Assembly: GCA_965113315.1 (NCBI GenBank)
Contig: OZ220364.1
Strand: one strand, 5' to 3'
DNA from: Podarcis vaucheri
Taxonomy: Eukaryota
DNA: 64,000 nucleotides
The first letter of the stretch is position 1. Each line of letters begins with the position of its first letter. Below the pieces are notes generated by a model that did no database searches, was not told the origin of the DNA, and was given only the letters and a program-made list of their open reading frames with translations. The position numbers and the translations under genes were made by a program. Positions 63,261-64,000 of the stretch are shown one piece after another.

Positions 63261-63430
63261 CCATATTTTTCTGTGTATAAGACTAGGTTTCCCCCCCCTA
63301 AAAAAATATATCAAAAATTCGGGGGAATCTTATACACGGATGCACCCCCCCCCCCATTTTCTTAAATCTGAGTCCCCCAAAATAGGGGGCATCTTATACA
63401 TGGGGGCGTCTTATAGATGGAAAAATATGG
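63261..63430. mobile_element. TcMar-Tc2-like MITE
   Basis: TA|CCATATTTTTCTGTGTATAAGAC...GTCTTATAGATGGAAAAATATGG|TA. Confidence 0.8.
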
Positions 63431-64000
63431 TAATTACTTGGGAGTAAGTCACATCGGGCACTTCTAAGCATTCCTGTGTGCATAAGTCCCACTGAACACA
63501 ATATGATGTATTTCCAAGTAAGCGTGTAAAGGATTGGGCTGCGATTCACGAGCAGACACAAACAAAATAATTATGTTATTGTTTGGAAACAGTGACTTGC
63601 AGGTGATCTGTGTCTGCATGTATTCCGACAATGACACAGAACAATGTAAGTGTGAGTCAGGCCAATGGAAAGAAACAGGGGAGGACTGGCCTTCCAACAT
63701 CTCAAGCTCTGAATGTGAAAGGGCAGACCACAAATTGAATTGAATATTGGCAGTCTTGTCTGCATATTGCACTGCAAACCCATCACATAGGGCATTAGAT
63801 GTCTCCGGGTGAAGACATTTTAAAGTGTGGTGGAAGTGGTTTGAAGAAGACAAGGTGGCCGCATTCCAAAGTTCAGGTGTAATGTGTGTTCAAATCACTT
63901 CCACAGTACTTTATAATGGCTGTCTGTCTACATCCTTTGTCTCTAGACAAGAGACTGGCAGGATCCACTAGGATATTCATCAGCCAGAAAAAGCTTCACT

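Noticed and set aside
51900-64000. Preceding CNTN4 exon (first half of Ig2)
   Set aside because: No GQGxVLLCGPP-type sequence was seen; it probably lies beyond the right edge.

Overview
Vertebrate genomic DNA, almost certainly from a squamate and probably a lacertid lizard, judging by the Sauria-type SINE and the CR1/L2/Squam-type SINE content. The whole window lies inside a contactin-4 (CNTN4) gene on the minus strand. Six GT-AG coding exons (51881-51678, 43619-43517, 41294-41110, 28677-28541, 26809-26680, 13972-13822; 910 nt) splice in frame and encode the second half of Ig2 through the first half of Ig5. The flanking exons were not found and probably lie outside the window. The rest is intron, dense with transposable elements: CR1, L2, L1, RTE, Penelope-like remnants, tRNA SINEs, Tc1, Tigger/Tc2/hAT MITEs, a Gypsy chromovirus 3' end and several solo LTRs. 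Most ORFs in the supplied track are chance ORFs or TE fragments. The best lead is the Gypsy remnant at ~38.5-40 kb. Its integrase chromodomain is followed in frame by an acidic 'EIF...EEEEGFLGF' motif matching the LEDGF-IBD / TFIIS-N-domain interaction motif (IBM/TIM), and its LTR, like a second nearby LTR, carries a U3 ORF that is acidic and then Arg-rich (RRSxR). Other leads are a possible intronic-polyadenylation isoform of CNTN4, a Tc1 with an inverted segment, a degenerate Penelope hammerhead and several hairpin structures. All family assignments come from reading the sequence; no searches were run.
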